NCBI GenBank assembly: GCA_947595555.1
Contig: CANQES010000003.1
Span: 1-33,013 of the forward strand
Direction of reading: 5' to 3'
Length of the DNA stretch: 33,013 nt
DNA from: an uncultured Clostridia bacterium
GTDB taxonomy: Bacteria > Bacillota > Clostridia > TANB77 > CAG-508
The notes under the pieces are model-generated. The model saw nothing but the letters and a program-made list of their open reading frames with translations, was not told the DNA's origin and made no database searches. Made by a program: the position numbers and the translations under genes. Below, piece by piece: positions 9,573 to 20,970 of this stretch. Each line of letters opens with the position of its first letter. The stretch's first letter is position 1.

Positions 9573-9882
9573 TATATTAGAATATAAAGTAGAAATTACA
9601 GAATTATTTATACATGAGCTAAATCAAATATTAGGATATATAAAATATAAATTGCTAAATGAAAATATATCAAATAAAATCAAACAAAATATATTGTATC
9701 GAATTTCTGATTTATCATATATGCCTAGAAAATATCAATTAATTAGAAAAGATGCAAATACAGAAATTCGAAGGATGATAGTTAAAAATTACATTATAAT
9801 TTATCAAGTCAACAATGAAATAGAAACAGTTATTATAATAAACATTTTTTATGTCAAAAGAAATTATTTAAAATTTATTTAA
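9568..9882 (+). CDS. RelE/ParE family toxin (probable ATT start, 104 aa)
   Basis: Frame extends upstream of the track's TTG to give xSILEYKVEITE...; later P.KYQL, RRMIVKNYIIIYQV, VIIINIFY.KRNY. GGAGG lies 9 nt before ATT 9568. Confidence 0.8.
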   Translation: MSILEYKVEITELFIHELNQILGYIKYKLLNENISNKIKQNILYRISDLSYMPRKYQLIRKDANTEIRRMIVKNYIIIYQVNNEIETVIIINIFYVKRNYLKFI

Positions 9883-9913
9883 TTCAAAAAATTAAAATCA
9901 AAGGAGAATTCAA

Positions 9914-10561
9914 ATTCTAGAACAAATATTAAATCTCATTTATCCACCAACGTGCGGAATATGTGGAAAATTAAATCCTAATTTTATATGCCCAAAATGT
10001 AAAAGACATTTAGAATTACAAGCTAAATTTAAAAACGAAAAAAAATCAAAAAAATGCTATAATTTTGAAGAGCATTTATATATTTTTAAATATAAAGGAA
10101 TAATAAGAGAGGCAATAATAAACTACAAATTTAGAGAAAAAGCTTACATATACAAAACATTCATAAATTTTTTATTAAAAAATAAAAAATTCTTTAACAT
10201 ACTGACATCATATAATATGGTAGTCCCAGTTCCAATAAGTTCCAAAAGGCAAAAAGAACGAGGATATAATCAAAGTGCATTAATTGCCAAAGAAATAGCC
10301 AAACTAACTAAAATACAATACAATGACATAAGTCTTTTAAAAGTAAAAAATATAACAGAACAAAGTAAATTAAACAGGAAAGAAAGAATAAAAAATATAG
10401 AAGGTGCATATAAATTACGTTTTAAAAAACTGCTAAAGAATAAAAAAATTTTGTTAGTAGATGATGTTTATACAACAGGTAGCACAGTCAATGAATGTAG
10501 TAAAATATTAATGCAAGCACAACCACAGAAAATAGGTGTACTAACAATTGCAAAAGATTAA
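9914..10561 (+). CDS. comF: ComF family (ComFC-like) protein: Zn ribbon plus PRTase domain; probable ATT start, about 215 aa
   Basis: Frame open from 9896: LIYPPTCGICGK...ICPKC...IINYKF...VPVP...RGYNQS...LLVDDVYTTGST. AAGGAG lies 7 nt before ATT 9914. Confidence 0.88.
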   Translation: MLEQILNLIYPPTCGICGKLNPNFICPKCKRHLELQAKFKNEKKSKKCYNFEEHLYIFKYKGIIREAIINYKFREKAYIYKTFINFLLKNKKFFNILTSYNMVVPVPISSKRQKERGYNQSALIAKEIAKLTKIQYNDISLLKVKNITEQSKLNRKERIKNIEGAYKLRFKKLLKNKKILLVDDVYTTGSTVNECSKILMQAQPQKIGVLTIAKD

Positions 10562-10793
10562 TAATTTTATGAGCAACTCCTAGCTATATTTAGGTGTAGT
10601 GCCAAGGCTTTTAATAATTATATTTTGAATAACTGCGTAAGCGACCAAACGAGCTGTGCGAGTGCGATTTGGAGCAACTGACATTTGAATTTTTATTATG
10701 GAAGTTGCGACACCAAAGTTATGAAAAAATATAATTATTAAAAGCATTGCATCACACCTAGTTATATAGCTAGAATGTAATTATAAAAAATTA
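10562..10793. repeat. ~230-bp imperfect long hairpin with a branched GC-richer core
   Basis: CTAGCTATAT/ATATAGCTAG, TAGGTGT/ACACCTA, GCTTTTAATAATTATATTTT/AAAATATAATTATTAAAAGC, ATAACT/AGTTAT; inner CCAAA/TTTGG and GCAACT/AGTTGC. Confidence 0.85.
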
Positions 10794-10903
10794 GATTTTG
10801 TAAATTAATATATTATAAAGTATAGATTTTAAAAGACATTTATGATAAAATAATACCAGTTTTAATTAATAGCAAAAGAGGAAAAGAAAGGAAGGAATAA
10901 AAC

Positions 10904-12898
10904 ATGGAAGATTTAGTAGAAAGCATACTAGACTACGTAAGATCAGACTATACAGACTATGCAATCATGATTAATGGAGAATGGGGTTCTGGAAAAACGC
11001 ATTTTTGGAACAACAAAATAAGAAATAAAATAGAATCATTACAACTAAACGGAAAAAGATATACCACCATATATATGTCATTATACGGAATATCAAACCT
11101 AGAAGAAATTAGCAAAAAAATATTCATAGAAACAACACAACTAATGGACAAAAACCTAAGAAAATTCATGAGTAACAATGGACAAACAACAATCCCTGAA
11201 TATGCAAAAACAGGAATTGACATGGCAAATTTTTTTGGAGTAACACAAAATGGAGATAAAGTAGATTATAGCGAATTCTTTTCTACAGATGACAAAGTAT
11301 TATGCTTTGATGACTTAGAGAGGGCAAATGTAGACGTTATAGATATATTAGGATATATAAACAACTTTGTAGAGCATGACCATATCAAAACAATAATAAT
11401 ATGTAATGAAAAAGAACTTTCTACTAAATTAAAAAGTTCAAACCTTGAAATGAAAACATTTATAGCAACATATCTTTTAGACAAACAAGATGAATTAAAC
11501 AAAACGGACAAGCCAATGGTTGAGAAAATTCAAGACAAAATAGAGCATGTATTTGACAAAGCAAATGATTATGAAAGAATAAAAGAAAAACTAATTGGAG
11601 AAACATTCGAATATGCACCTAAATTTGACTATATAATCAATGGAATTTTAATGAGATATGAAAATGATCCAGACTTAATTCGATTTTTAAGAGAAAGTAC
11701 AGGGCTTATTATTTCAACATTCCATAAAAGTGGCACAAGAAATTTAAGAATTTTAAAACATGCATTAAATGATTTTAAGAAAATATATGAAATGGTAAAT
11801 AAATCATATCCAAATACAAACCATAGAGTTATGCAAACAATGCTAATATTCACAATAGCAGTATCTTTTGAAATAAAAGCAGGTAGAATTATAAAAGACA
11901 AATTTGTTAATATCAAAGACAATGAAGAATATAAATCAATTTTAGTATCTTCTAGAATATTAATGGACAACAGACAATTTTACATTAAAGAATTCGATAA
12001 TAATTATTATTACAACTTCAAATCAGAATATAGGTTCTTTAAATTCATTGAATACTATGTTAGAACACGTATATTTGATATGAAATTATTTAAAGAAAAC
12101 ATGGAAACAATTAGAAATACAGTTGATATAGAAAACTTACCAGGATATAAAAGATTATTAACAGAAGAATACTGGAAAATTTCGGATGACCAATTTGATG
12201 GTGTAATTCAAGAAGTAATAAATGATGTAAAAGAGGGAAAGCTAACTTTAATTGATACTGTAAAATTATTTGCATACTTTAGTTATTTTTCAAGAAAAGG
12301 ATTAATCAATTATGATTTAAAAACATTAAAAAGTTTATTCTTCAATGGAATGAACATAGCTTCTTTATCTTCTCAATATTGCCCAAACCCAAAAGAAGAA
12401 TTGGGAAAAATAGCAATAGAAGAAGTGGAAGAAGATATGGAAGATATATTAAAACACTTTAATATGCTAAATGACCAATTATTAGAAAAAATGTATAAAG
12501 AAAAAGCAGATGAAATCATGAAATGCATACCTATGAAAATGGAATTATTTTATGAAAAATTTGATAAAGAATGTATGGATGTACCAATATTTAAATACTA
12601 TGACCCATTCCAATTATTCCAAAGAATTTCATGTGCAAGTAATGAAGACATTGTTCTAATTAAAGAAAAATTGATAGATAGAGCAAATAGATATACAAAA
12701 GAAATAGAACCAGAAATAAAAAATATCAAGCAATTAAAACAAATTATAGATGATTACTTAAAGGGAAAAGACCCAACAATAAAAATTGTTATGTTAAAAG
12801 AATTTTCAAAAGATATGGGATATATATTAGATAAATATAAATTAAGCTTTTTGCCAAGGAAAGAAGAAAAAGTAGAAGAAGAGCAAACAGGAGAATAG
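10904..12898 (+). CDS. KAP-family P-loop NTPase domain protein
   Basis: YAIMINGEWGSGKT (Walker A), YMSLYG, VLCFDDLER (Walker B), IIICNE, KEKLIG, NLRIL; long helical C-terminal region. Confidence 0.85.
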   Translation: MEDLVESILDYVRSDYTDYAIMINGEWGSGKTHFWNNKIRNKIESLQLNGKRYTTIYMSLYGISNLEEISKKIFIETTQLMDKNLRKFMSNNGQTTIPEYAKTGIDMANFFGVTQNGDKVDYSEFFSTDDKVLCFDDLERANVDVIDILGYINNFVEHDHIKTIIICNEKELSTKLKSSNLEMKTFIATYLLDKQDELNKTDKPMVEKIQDKIEHVFDKANDYERIKEKLIGETFEYAPKFDYIINGILMRYENDPDLIRFLRESTGLIISTFHKSGTRNLRILKHALNDFKKIYEMVNKSYPNTNHRVMQTMLIFTIAVSFEIKAGRIIKDKFVNIKDNEEYKSILVSSRILMDNRQFYIKEFDNNYYYNFKSEYRFFKFIEYYVRTRIFDMKLFKENMETIRNTVDIENLPGYKRLLTEEYWKISDDQFDGVIQEVINDVKEGKLTLIDTVKLFAYFSYFSRKGLINYDLKTLKSLFFNGMNIASLSSQYCPNPKEELGKIAIEEVEEDMEDILKHFNMLNDQLLEKMYKEKADEIMKCIPMKMELFYEKFDKECMDVPIFKYYDPFQLFQRISCASNEDIVLIKEKLIDRANRYTKEIEPEIKNIKQLKQIIDDYLKGKDPTIKIVMLKEFSKDMGYILDKYKLSFLPRKEEKVEEEQTGE

Positions 12899-14902
<2,004 letters not shown>

Positions 14903-14928
14903 AAAGAAAAAAGGAATGGAGGAAAACA

Positions 14929-15174
14929 ATGGAAGATTATACTTTTGAAAAGATGTGGGAAGATTTAAGAAATGGTTATCAAATTTATTACACTTATGTT
15001 GGAAATCGTTATGTGCTTTTCAAAACAGCAGAAAATTGTTATACCCAAAAGTTACTTTCAGACCACAAAGGAAATCCACAACCAAGAATGTTAATGCTTA
15101 CATTAAAAAGAGTAAAAGAAATGTTTCCAAATATGGAGGATATTGAATACAAAATAGAAGGGAATGAAAAATAA
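14929..15174 (+). CDS. Hypothetical protein (81 aa)
   Basis: GGAGG RBS, protein-like composition, sits tightly between ligA and metG. Confidence 0.7.
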   Translation: MEDYTFEKMWEDLRNGYQIYYTYVGNRYVLFKTAENCYTQKLLSDHKGNPQPRMLMLTLKRVKEMFPNMEDIEYKIEGNEK

Positions 15175-16765
15175 AATGAAAAGAAATGTTGTTATTGGTG
15201 GAGCATGGCCTTATGCAAATAGTTCACTACATTTAGGGCATTTAGTAGCTTTATTACCAGGAGATTTTTTAGCAAGATATCATAGAAAAAAAGGAGATAA
15301 TGTGATATATGTTTCAGGAACAGACTGCCATGGAACACCTATTACTATTAGAGCAAAAAAAGAAGGAAAAAAACCAAAAGAAATATCTGATTACTATCAT
15401 GACGAATTTACAAAAACATTTGAAAAAATGAATTTTTCTTATGATTTATATACTCAAACAGAAGACGAATATCACAAAGAAAGAGTAAAAGAAATATTTA
15501 GAACTATATATGATAATAATTTTATAATAGAAAAAGAAGAACCACAACCATATTGCCCAAAATGTCAAAAGTTTTTAGCAGATAGAGAATTAATATTAAA
15601 ATGCCCAAATTGTGGTAATGAAACAAAAGGCGAAGAATGTGATTGTGGTTATACTCCAACAATGGAAGAATTAATAAAATATGCTAATTGTCAAGAATGT
15701 GGAACAAAAGTAATAGAAAAACTTAACAAAAATTTATATATTGCATTATCAAAGTTACAACCACTTGTGGAAAAATATTATAATGAACATAGTCAAAGTT
15801 GGAGAAAAAACTCACAAAATGAAACATTAAAATATTTAAAACAGGGATTAATAGATAGAGCTGTTACAAGAGACTTAGAGTGGGGGATTGACATTCCAGT
15901 AGATGGATATGATGACAAGAAGATGTATGTATGGATAGATGCTGTGTTAGGATATACAACAGCAACAATGAAATATTGCGAAGAAAATAATTTGAATTGG
16001 GAAGACTATTGGAAAGAAAATGAAAATGCATTAATTTACATGGTTCATGGAAAAGACAATATTATTTTTCATAGTATTATACTTCCTGCATTATTATATG
16101 CTATGAATTCAAATATGAAATTACCAGATAAAATGGTGTCATGTGAGTATTTAAATATAAATGATGAAAAGATTTCTAAAAGTAAAGGGAATGGAATTAC
16201 TATATTAGATTTAACAGAACAATATGATATAGATTCAATAAGATATTATTTTTTAAGTAATGGACCAGAAAAGAAAGATGGCAATTTTTCAACAGAAGAA
16301 TTTAAAACTGTTCATAATGCTGATTTAGTAAACAAATATGGCAATTTTATAAATCGAACATTAAAATTTAAAGGACTAGAGCAAATTGTTGTTGGAGAGA
16401 TTGATAAAGAGATAGATGAAAAAATATCTCAAACTTATATAGATGTATCAAATTCAATAGAAAGTTTAGAATTCAGGAAAGCAGTAGAACAAATAATTGA
16501 ACTAGTTGAATATGGTAACAAATATTATGATGATAAAAAACCATGGATATTGTACAAAGAAGATATAAATGAATTTAATAATGTAATGTATAATTGTGCA
16601 AATATAATAGCTAATTTAGCAAATTTATTTGAACCAATAATGCCAGATACATCAAGCAAAATAAAAAAATATTTAAACATAGATATAAGTAAATGGGAAA
16701 AAATCATAATAAAAGAAACTATTGAACTAAAAGATATTAATCCATTATTTGAAAGAATAAAATAA
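15164..16765 (+). CDS. metG: Methionine--tRNA ligase (no C-terminal tRNA-binding domain)
   Basis: WPYAN..LHLGH, SGTDCHG, Zn knuckles, YVWIDA, GKDNIIFH, KISKSKG; start may be 15176. Confidence 0.95.
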   Translation: MKNKMKRNVVIGGAWPYANSSLHLGHLVALLPGDFLARYHRKKGDNVIYVSGTDCHGTPITIRAKKEGKKPKEISDYYHDEFTKTFEKMNFSYDLYTQTEDEYHKERVKEIFRTIYDNNFIIEKEEPQPYCPKCQKFLADRELILKCPNCGNETKGEECDCGYTPTMEELIKYANCQECGTKVIEKLNKNLYIALSKLQPLVEKYYNEHSQSWRKNSQNETLKYLKQGLIDRAVTRDLEWGIDIPVDGYDDKKMYVWIDAVLGYTTATMKYCEENNLNWEDYWKENENALIYMVHGKDNIIFHSIILPALLYAMNSNMKLPDKMVSCEYLNINDEKISKSKGNGITILDLTEQYDIDSIRYYFLSNGPEKKDGNFSTEEFKTVHNADLVNKYGNFINRTLKFKGLEQIVVGEIDKEIDEKISQTYIDVSNSIESLEFRKAVEQIIELVEYGNKYYDDKKPWILYKEDINEFNNVMYNCANIIANLANLFEPIMPDTSSKIKKYLNIDISKWEKIIIKETIELKDINPLFERIK

Positions 16766-16783
16766 TGTAAAGGAGACATAGAA

Positions 16784-17644
16784 GTGGCAATAATTATAGA
16801 TGGAAAAGAACTAGCAAAAAAAATAAGAGGAAACTTAAAAATAGAATGTGATGAATTAAAAAAACAGGGAATTCAACCTAAATTAGCAGTTATAATGGTA
16901 GGAGATAATCCTGCTTCAAAAGTATATATACGAAATAAAAATAAAGCTTGTGAAGAAATAGGCATTGAATATGAAGAACATCTTTTAGATGGACATACTA
17001 CACAAAAAGAACTCAATGATTTAATAAAAAAACTAAATGATACAAAAGAAGTAAATGGAATATTACTACAAAGTCCATTACCAGAACATTTAAATATAAA
17101 TGACGCATTTAAAGCAATCACATATAAAAAAGATGTGGATGGTTTTACACCATCTAGTGTTGGAAAATTAACAATAGGAGAAGATACATTTATTTCTTGT
17201 ACACCATATGGAGTTGTAAAGATGTTAGAGGAATATAACATAGATTTAACAGGAAAAGATGTAGTAATTTTGGGAAGAAGTAATATTGTAGGAAAACCAT
17301 TAATACAATGTTGTTTAGCAAGAAATGCAACAGTTACAGTATGTCATTCTAAAACGCAAAATATCAAAGAACATACAAAAAGAGCTGATGTACTAATTGT
17401 TGCTATTGGAAAAGCTAAATTTGTAACTCAAGATATGGTAAAAGAGGGAGCAGTTGTAATTGATGTAGGTATTAATAGAACAGAAGAAGGAAAGCTAGTA
17501 GGAGATGTTGATTTTGAAAATGTAGAAAAAGTAGCAAGTCATATAACACCGGTTCCTGGGGGAGTAGGACCAATGACAGTAGCTATGTTAATGAATAATG
17601 TAATTAAAGCAGCAAAAGAGCAAAATAGGGGCATTAATAATTAA
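16784..17644 (+). CDS. folD: Bifunctional methylenetetrahydrofolate dehydrogenase/cyclohydrolase
   Basis: YIRNK, KDVDGF, CTPYG, GRSNIVGKP, TPVPGGVGPMT. Confidence 0.97.
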   Translation: MAIIIDGKELAKKIRGNLKIECDELKKQGIQPKLAVIMVGDNPASKVYIRNKNKACEEIGIEYEEHLLDGHTTQKELNDLIKKLNDTKEVNGILLQSPLPEHLNINDAFKAITYKKDVDGFTPSSVGKLTIGEDTFISCTPYGVVKMLEEYNIDLTGKDVVILGRSNIVGKPLIQCCLARNATVTVCHSKTQNIKEHTKRADVLIVAIGKAKFVTQDMVKEGAVVIDVGINRTEEGKLVGDVDFENVEKVASHITPVPGGVGPMTVAMLMNNVIKAAKEQNRGINN

Positions 17645-17655
17645 TGCTCTTTTTT
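17628..17655 (+). terminator. Intrinsic terminator overlapping the folD stop
   Basis: GGGCATTAA/TTAATGCTC stem followed by T6. Confidence 0.6.
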
Positions 17656-17678
17656 ATATTCAATTTGTAGGAGGTTAA

Positions 17679-18593
17679 ATGAATAGCTTAATAGAAAAGA
17701 AATATTGGATATGGTTTTCATTAATACCAAATTTAGGAAGTATAAAAAAACAAGAATTATTAAATATTTATAAAGATCCAGAAAGAATATTCTATTTAAA
17801 AGAAAATGAATTATTGAAAGTAAAAGGAATTGGAGAAAATACAGTAAAAACCATATTAGATAAGAATATAAGACATAGCATATATAAGCATATTGATTAT
17901 ATGTCAAAAAATAATATCGATATTATTCCAATTACAGATAAAGAATATCCTAATAAATTAAAGCAAATTTATGATTTTCCAATTAGTTTATATGTTAAAG
18001 GACATAAAGAATGTCTCAATAATAAGTCTATAGCTATTGTAGGATGTAGAGATTGTACAGAATATGGCAAATCAGCATCAAAATATTTTGCATATAATTT
18101 AGCTAAAGAAAAAACAACAATTATTAGTGGACTAGCTAAAGGTGTTGATAGTTATGCACATATAGGAGCTATTTGTGCACAAGATGCAAATAATGAATGT
18201 GGAAAAACTATTGCCGTTGTGGGAAATGGGCTTGATATTATTTATCCAAAAGAGAATGAAGCAATAGCAAATGAAATTATGAAAACAGGAGGAGCTATTA
18301 TAACTGAATATCCATTGGGAACCAAACCAGAAAAGATGAACTTCCCTGCTAGAAATAGAATTATTAGTGGAATGAGCAATGGCGTTTTGGTAGTAGAAGC
18401 AAAAGAAAAGAGCGGAGCATTAATTACTGTTGATTTCGCATTAGAACAGGGAAGAGATGTTTTTGTTGTTCCAGGTAATATTAATTCAATTTATTCTGTT
18501 GGTACAAATGAATTGATTAAGCAAGGTGCTAAGCTAGTTACAAATTGTACAGAGATCCTCCATGCAATAAAAGCCAGCAGTTTTTCCAACTAA
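17679..18593 (+). CDS. dprA: DNA-processing protein DprA
   Basis: IAIVGCR, ISGLAKGVD..AH, FPARNRIISG, VVEAKEKSGALIT, ALEQGRDVF. Confidence 0.95.
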   Translation: MNSLIEKKYWIWFSLIPNLGSIKKQELLNIYKDPERIFYLKENELLKVKGIGENTVKTILDKNIRHSIYKHIDYMSKNNIDIIPITDKEYPNKLKQIYDFPISLYVKGHKECLNNKSIAIVGCRDCTEYGKSASKYFAYNLAKEKTTIISGLAKGVDSYAHIGAICAQDANNECGKTIAVVGNGLDIIYPKENEAIANEIMKTGGAIITEYPLGTKPEKMNFPARNRIISGMSNGVLVVEAKEKSGALITVDFALEQGRDVFVVPGNINSIYSVGTNELIKQGAKLVTNCTEILHAIKASSFSN

Positions 18594-19292
18594 AAATTTA
18601 GCAGCTTTAATTGCACCTTCGGCAAACACATTTCTAGAATAAGAGGTATGTTTTATTTCAAAAGTTTCAAATTCTCCAAAAAATTGTATTACATGCTCTC
18701 CGACAATATTACCACCACGAATAGAATTTATGCCAATTTCATTCTTATCCCTTTTTTCACGTTTTGAATGTCTATTATATTCACAATGAAGACTATTACC
18801 AAGACTATCATTAATACAATCAGCAAGCATTTGAGCTGTTCCACTTGGACTATCAATCTTTTGATTATGATGAGTTTCAGTTATTTCAATATCAGTGTTT
18901 TTTAGTAAAGGAGCAAGCCACTGTACTAATTTTTTCATAATCATGATATCATATGACATATTAGCAGACTTAAAAATAGGAATACATTTACCATATTCTT
19001 TGATTTGATTTTCTTCATTTTGAGAAAAACCAGTGGTAGCAATTACAACAGGTATTTTATTTTGAGAAGCATATTTTAAAATTTGAATAGTAGCAACAGG
19101 AACAGAAAAATCAATAATAACATCAGGTTTTTCTTTAATATCCTCAATTCGGTTAAAAACAGGAAAAGCAAATTCTCCTGTGACATTTTTGTCAAATCCG
19201 CATTTTAACAATAAATTTTCATCTTGCTCAACTAAATCACAAACTATTTGACCCATTTTTCCACTACATCCATTTACCATAACTTCTAACAT
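18534..19292 (-). CDS. dapB: 4-hydroxy-tetrahydrodipicolinate reductase
   Basis: GCSGKMG, IDFS, ATTG, ETHHNQKIDSPSGTA, RGGNIVGEH. Confidence 0.96.
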   Translation of the reverse strand: MLEVMVNGCSGKMGQIVCDLVEQDENLLLKCGFDKNVTGEFAFPVFNRIEDIKEKPDVIIDFSVPVATIQILKYASQNKIPVVIATTGFSQNEENQIKEYGKCIPIFKSANMSYDIMIMKKLVQWLAPLLKNTDIEITETHHNQKIDSPSGTAQMLADCINDSLGNSLHCEYNRHSKREKRDKNEIGINSIRGGNIVGEHVIQFFGEFETFEIKHTSYSRNVFAEGAIKAAKFLVGKTAGFYCMEDLCTICN

Positions 19293-19313
19293 AATTTTAT
19301 ATCCTTTCTACGA

Positions 19314-20195
19314 TTAATTAGTTAATTTAAGTAATTCATCTTTTAATATTTTTGCTTTTTGTTCACTCATTGGAGTTAAAGGTAATCGAGGCAAACCAAA
19401 ATCATATCCTTGCATATTCAATGCAGCTTTGACAGGAATAGGATTTACTTCACTAAATAAGCTCTTAATTAAAGGAATAGCATCTAATTGCATTTTAGTT
19501 GCCAACTCAATTTTACCATCAAAGAAATTTTGAACCATGTTATGAGTATATTCTGGCAGAACATTAGATAAAACAGAAATAACACCAATACCTCCTAAAG
19601 ATAAAATAGGCAAAACTTGGTCATCATTTCCAGAATAAATAGCTAAATTATCTCCACATAAATGGGCGATGTCAGCAATTTGTGAAAGATTTCCACTTGC
19701 CTCTTTAATGGCAACAATATTTTCAATCTTAGATAATTCTAGGCAAGTTTCAGGTGCGATATTTACACCAGTTCTACTAGGTACACTATAAAGAATAATT
19801 GGCAAGGAAACACTTTTAGCAATATTTTTATAATGTTCGACTAATCCGTGTTGAGTACATTTATTATAATAAGGCGTTACAATTAAAAAGCCATCTACTC
19901 CTAATTTTTCAACTACTTGTGAATATTCTATTACTTGTTTAGTATTATTTCCACCTGTACCAGCAATAATAGGAATCCTGCCATGAGAAATTTTTACAGC
20001 ACATTCAATAGTAGATATTTTTTCTTCAAATGTCATAGTAGAAGCTTCTCCTGTTGTACCACAAACAATGATAGAGTCTACCTTATTTTGAATTTGATTT
20101 TCTACTAGCCTTTCAAATTCTTTTAGATTAACACCATTTTCATTAAAAGGTGTACTAATGGCTGTACCGCAGCCTTTAAATAAAATTTTTTTCAT
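19314..20195 (-). CDS. dapA: 4-hydroxy-tetrahydrodipicolinate synthase
   Basis: GTTGE, TPYYNK, LYSVPSRT, AIKEAS, NPIPVK; ATG at 20195 after GGGAGTG. Confidence 0.96.
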   Translation of the reverse strand: MKKILFKGCGTAISTPFNENGVNLKEFERLVENQIQNKVDSIIVCGTTGEASTMTFEEKISTIECAVKISHGRIPIIAGTGGNNTKQVIEYSQVVEKLGVDGFLIVTPYYNKCTQHGLVEHYKNIAKSVSLPIILYSVPSRTGVNIAPETCLELSKIENIVAIKEASGNLSQIADIAHLCGDNLAIYSGNDDQVLPILSLGGIGVISVLSNVLPEYTHNMVQNFFDGKIELATKMQLDAIPLIKSLFSEVNPIPVKAALNMQGYDFGLPRLPLTPMSEQKAKILKDELLKLTN

Positions 20196-20317
20196 AATAT
20201 AATCACTCCCCAAATAGAGTATTATCATATAAATGTACTTACATCTATATTCTATTAGAAATTATATTATAAAAAATAAAAAAAAGAAATGAAAATTAAA
20301 AAAGTTTAAAAAAAGTA

Positions 20318-20390
20318 TTGACAAAATAAAAAACAAAATATAAAATAGGAACAACAAAAGCGAACAACAATTCGAAGAACGAAAATTTGC
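20318..20390 (+). promoter_or_regulatory. sigma-A promoter with downstream LexA(SOS)-box-like sites
   Basis: TTGACA(20318)-17 nt-TAAAAT(20341); CGAACAACAATTCG at 20361-20374 is one mismatch from GAAC-N4-GTTC, with weaker GAAC half-sites either side. Confidence 0.55.
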
Positions 20391-20416
20391 AAAAACACAA
20401 ACAAGGAGTGATAAAA

Positions 20417-20938
20417 ATGAATTTAGTAAAAAGAAAAGAAAATGTGAAAACAATACAAAATAATGGAATAGAAAGGCATCCAGTTCCAGTGCTTGGCATT
20501 GATTATAAAATAAAAATAATTTATAAAAATATAAAAATAACTGAATTAGATGTTGAAAATAGAACCATAAAAATATCACTTCCAAATCGATATAAAAAAG
20601 TAAGCAATAAAGACATATTAGATTTAGCAATTGAGAAAATGTATGAGCAAATTGCCAAAGTAGAAATTGAAAGGGCAATGGAAAAAACAAGAATTATGGT
20701 TGGATTTGCACCAGAAGAATATGACATAAAAAAAATGCCAACATTAGGAAAATGTGAAAAGCATAAAATAACAATTAATCCTGAGATTGTAAAATATAGT
20801 CGTGATATTATTGATTATGTAGTACTTCATCAATATTGCCATTTAAAGCATAAAAATCATACAAAACTTTTCTTTAATATGTTAGAAAAATATTTGCCAA
20901 ATTATAAAAAATGCGAAGAAATATTATTGAATTTATAA
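20417..20938 (+). CDS. YgjP/DUF45 (M48-like metallopeptidase fold) protein with HQxxH in place of HExxH
   Basis: LGKC...ITIN......IIDYVVLHQYCHLKHKNH...FF..L..YLPNYK; ATG 20417 after AAGGAGTG. Confidence 0.8.
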   Translation: MNLVKRKENVKTIQNNGIERHPVPVLGIDYKIKIIYKNIKITELDVENRTIKISLPNRYKKVSNKDILDLAIEKMYEQIAKVEIERAMEKTRIMVGFAPEEYDIKKMPTLGKCEKHKITINPEIVKYSRDIIDYVVLHQYCHLKHKNHTKLFFNMLEKYLPNYKKCEEILLNL

Positions 20939-20970
20939 AATATAATTAATTAAAAATTAAAAAATAAGAG

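Noticed and set aside
6488-10793. The two hairpins as ends of one composite transposon carrying recD2-TA-comF
   Set aside because: The outer arms are unrelated, there is no transposase or target duplication, and the cargo is mostly core genes.
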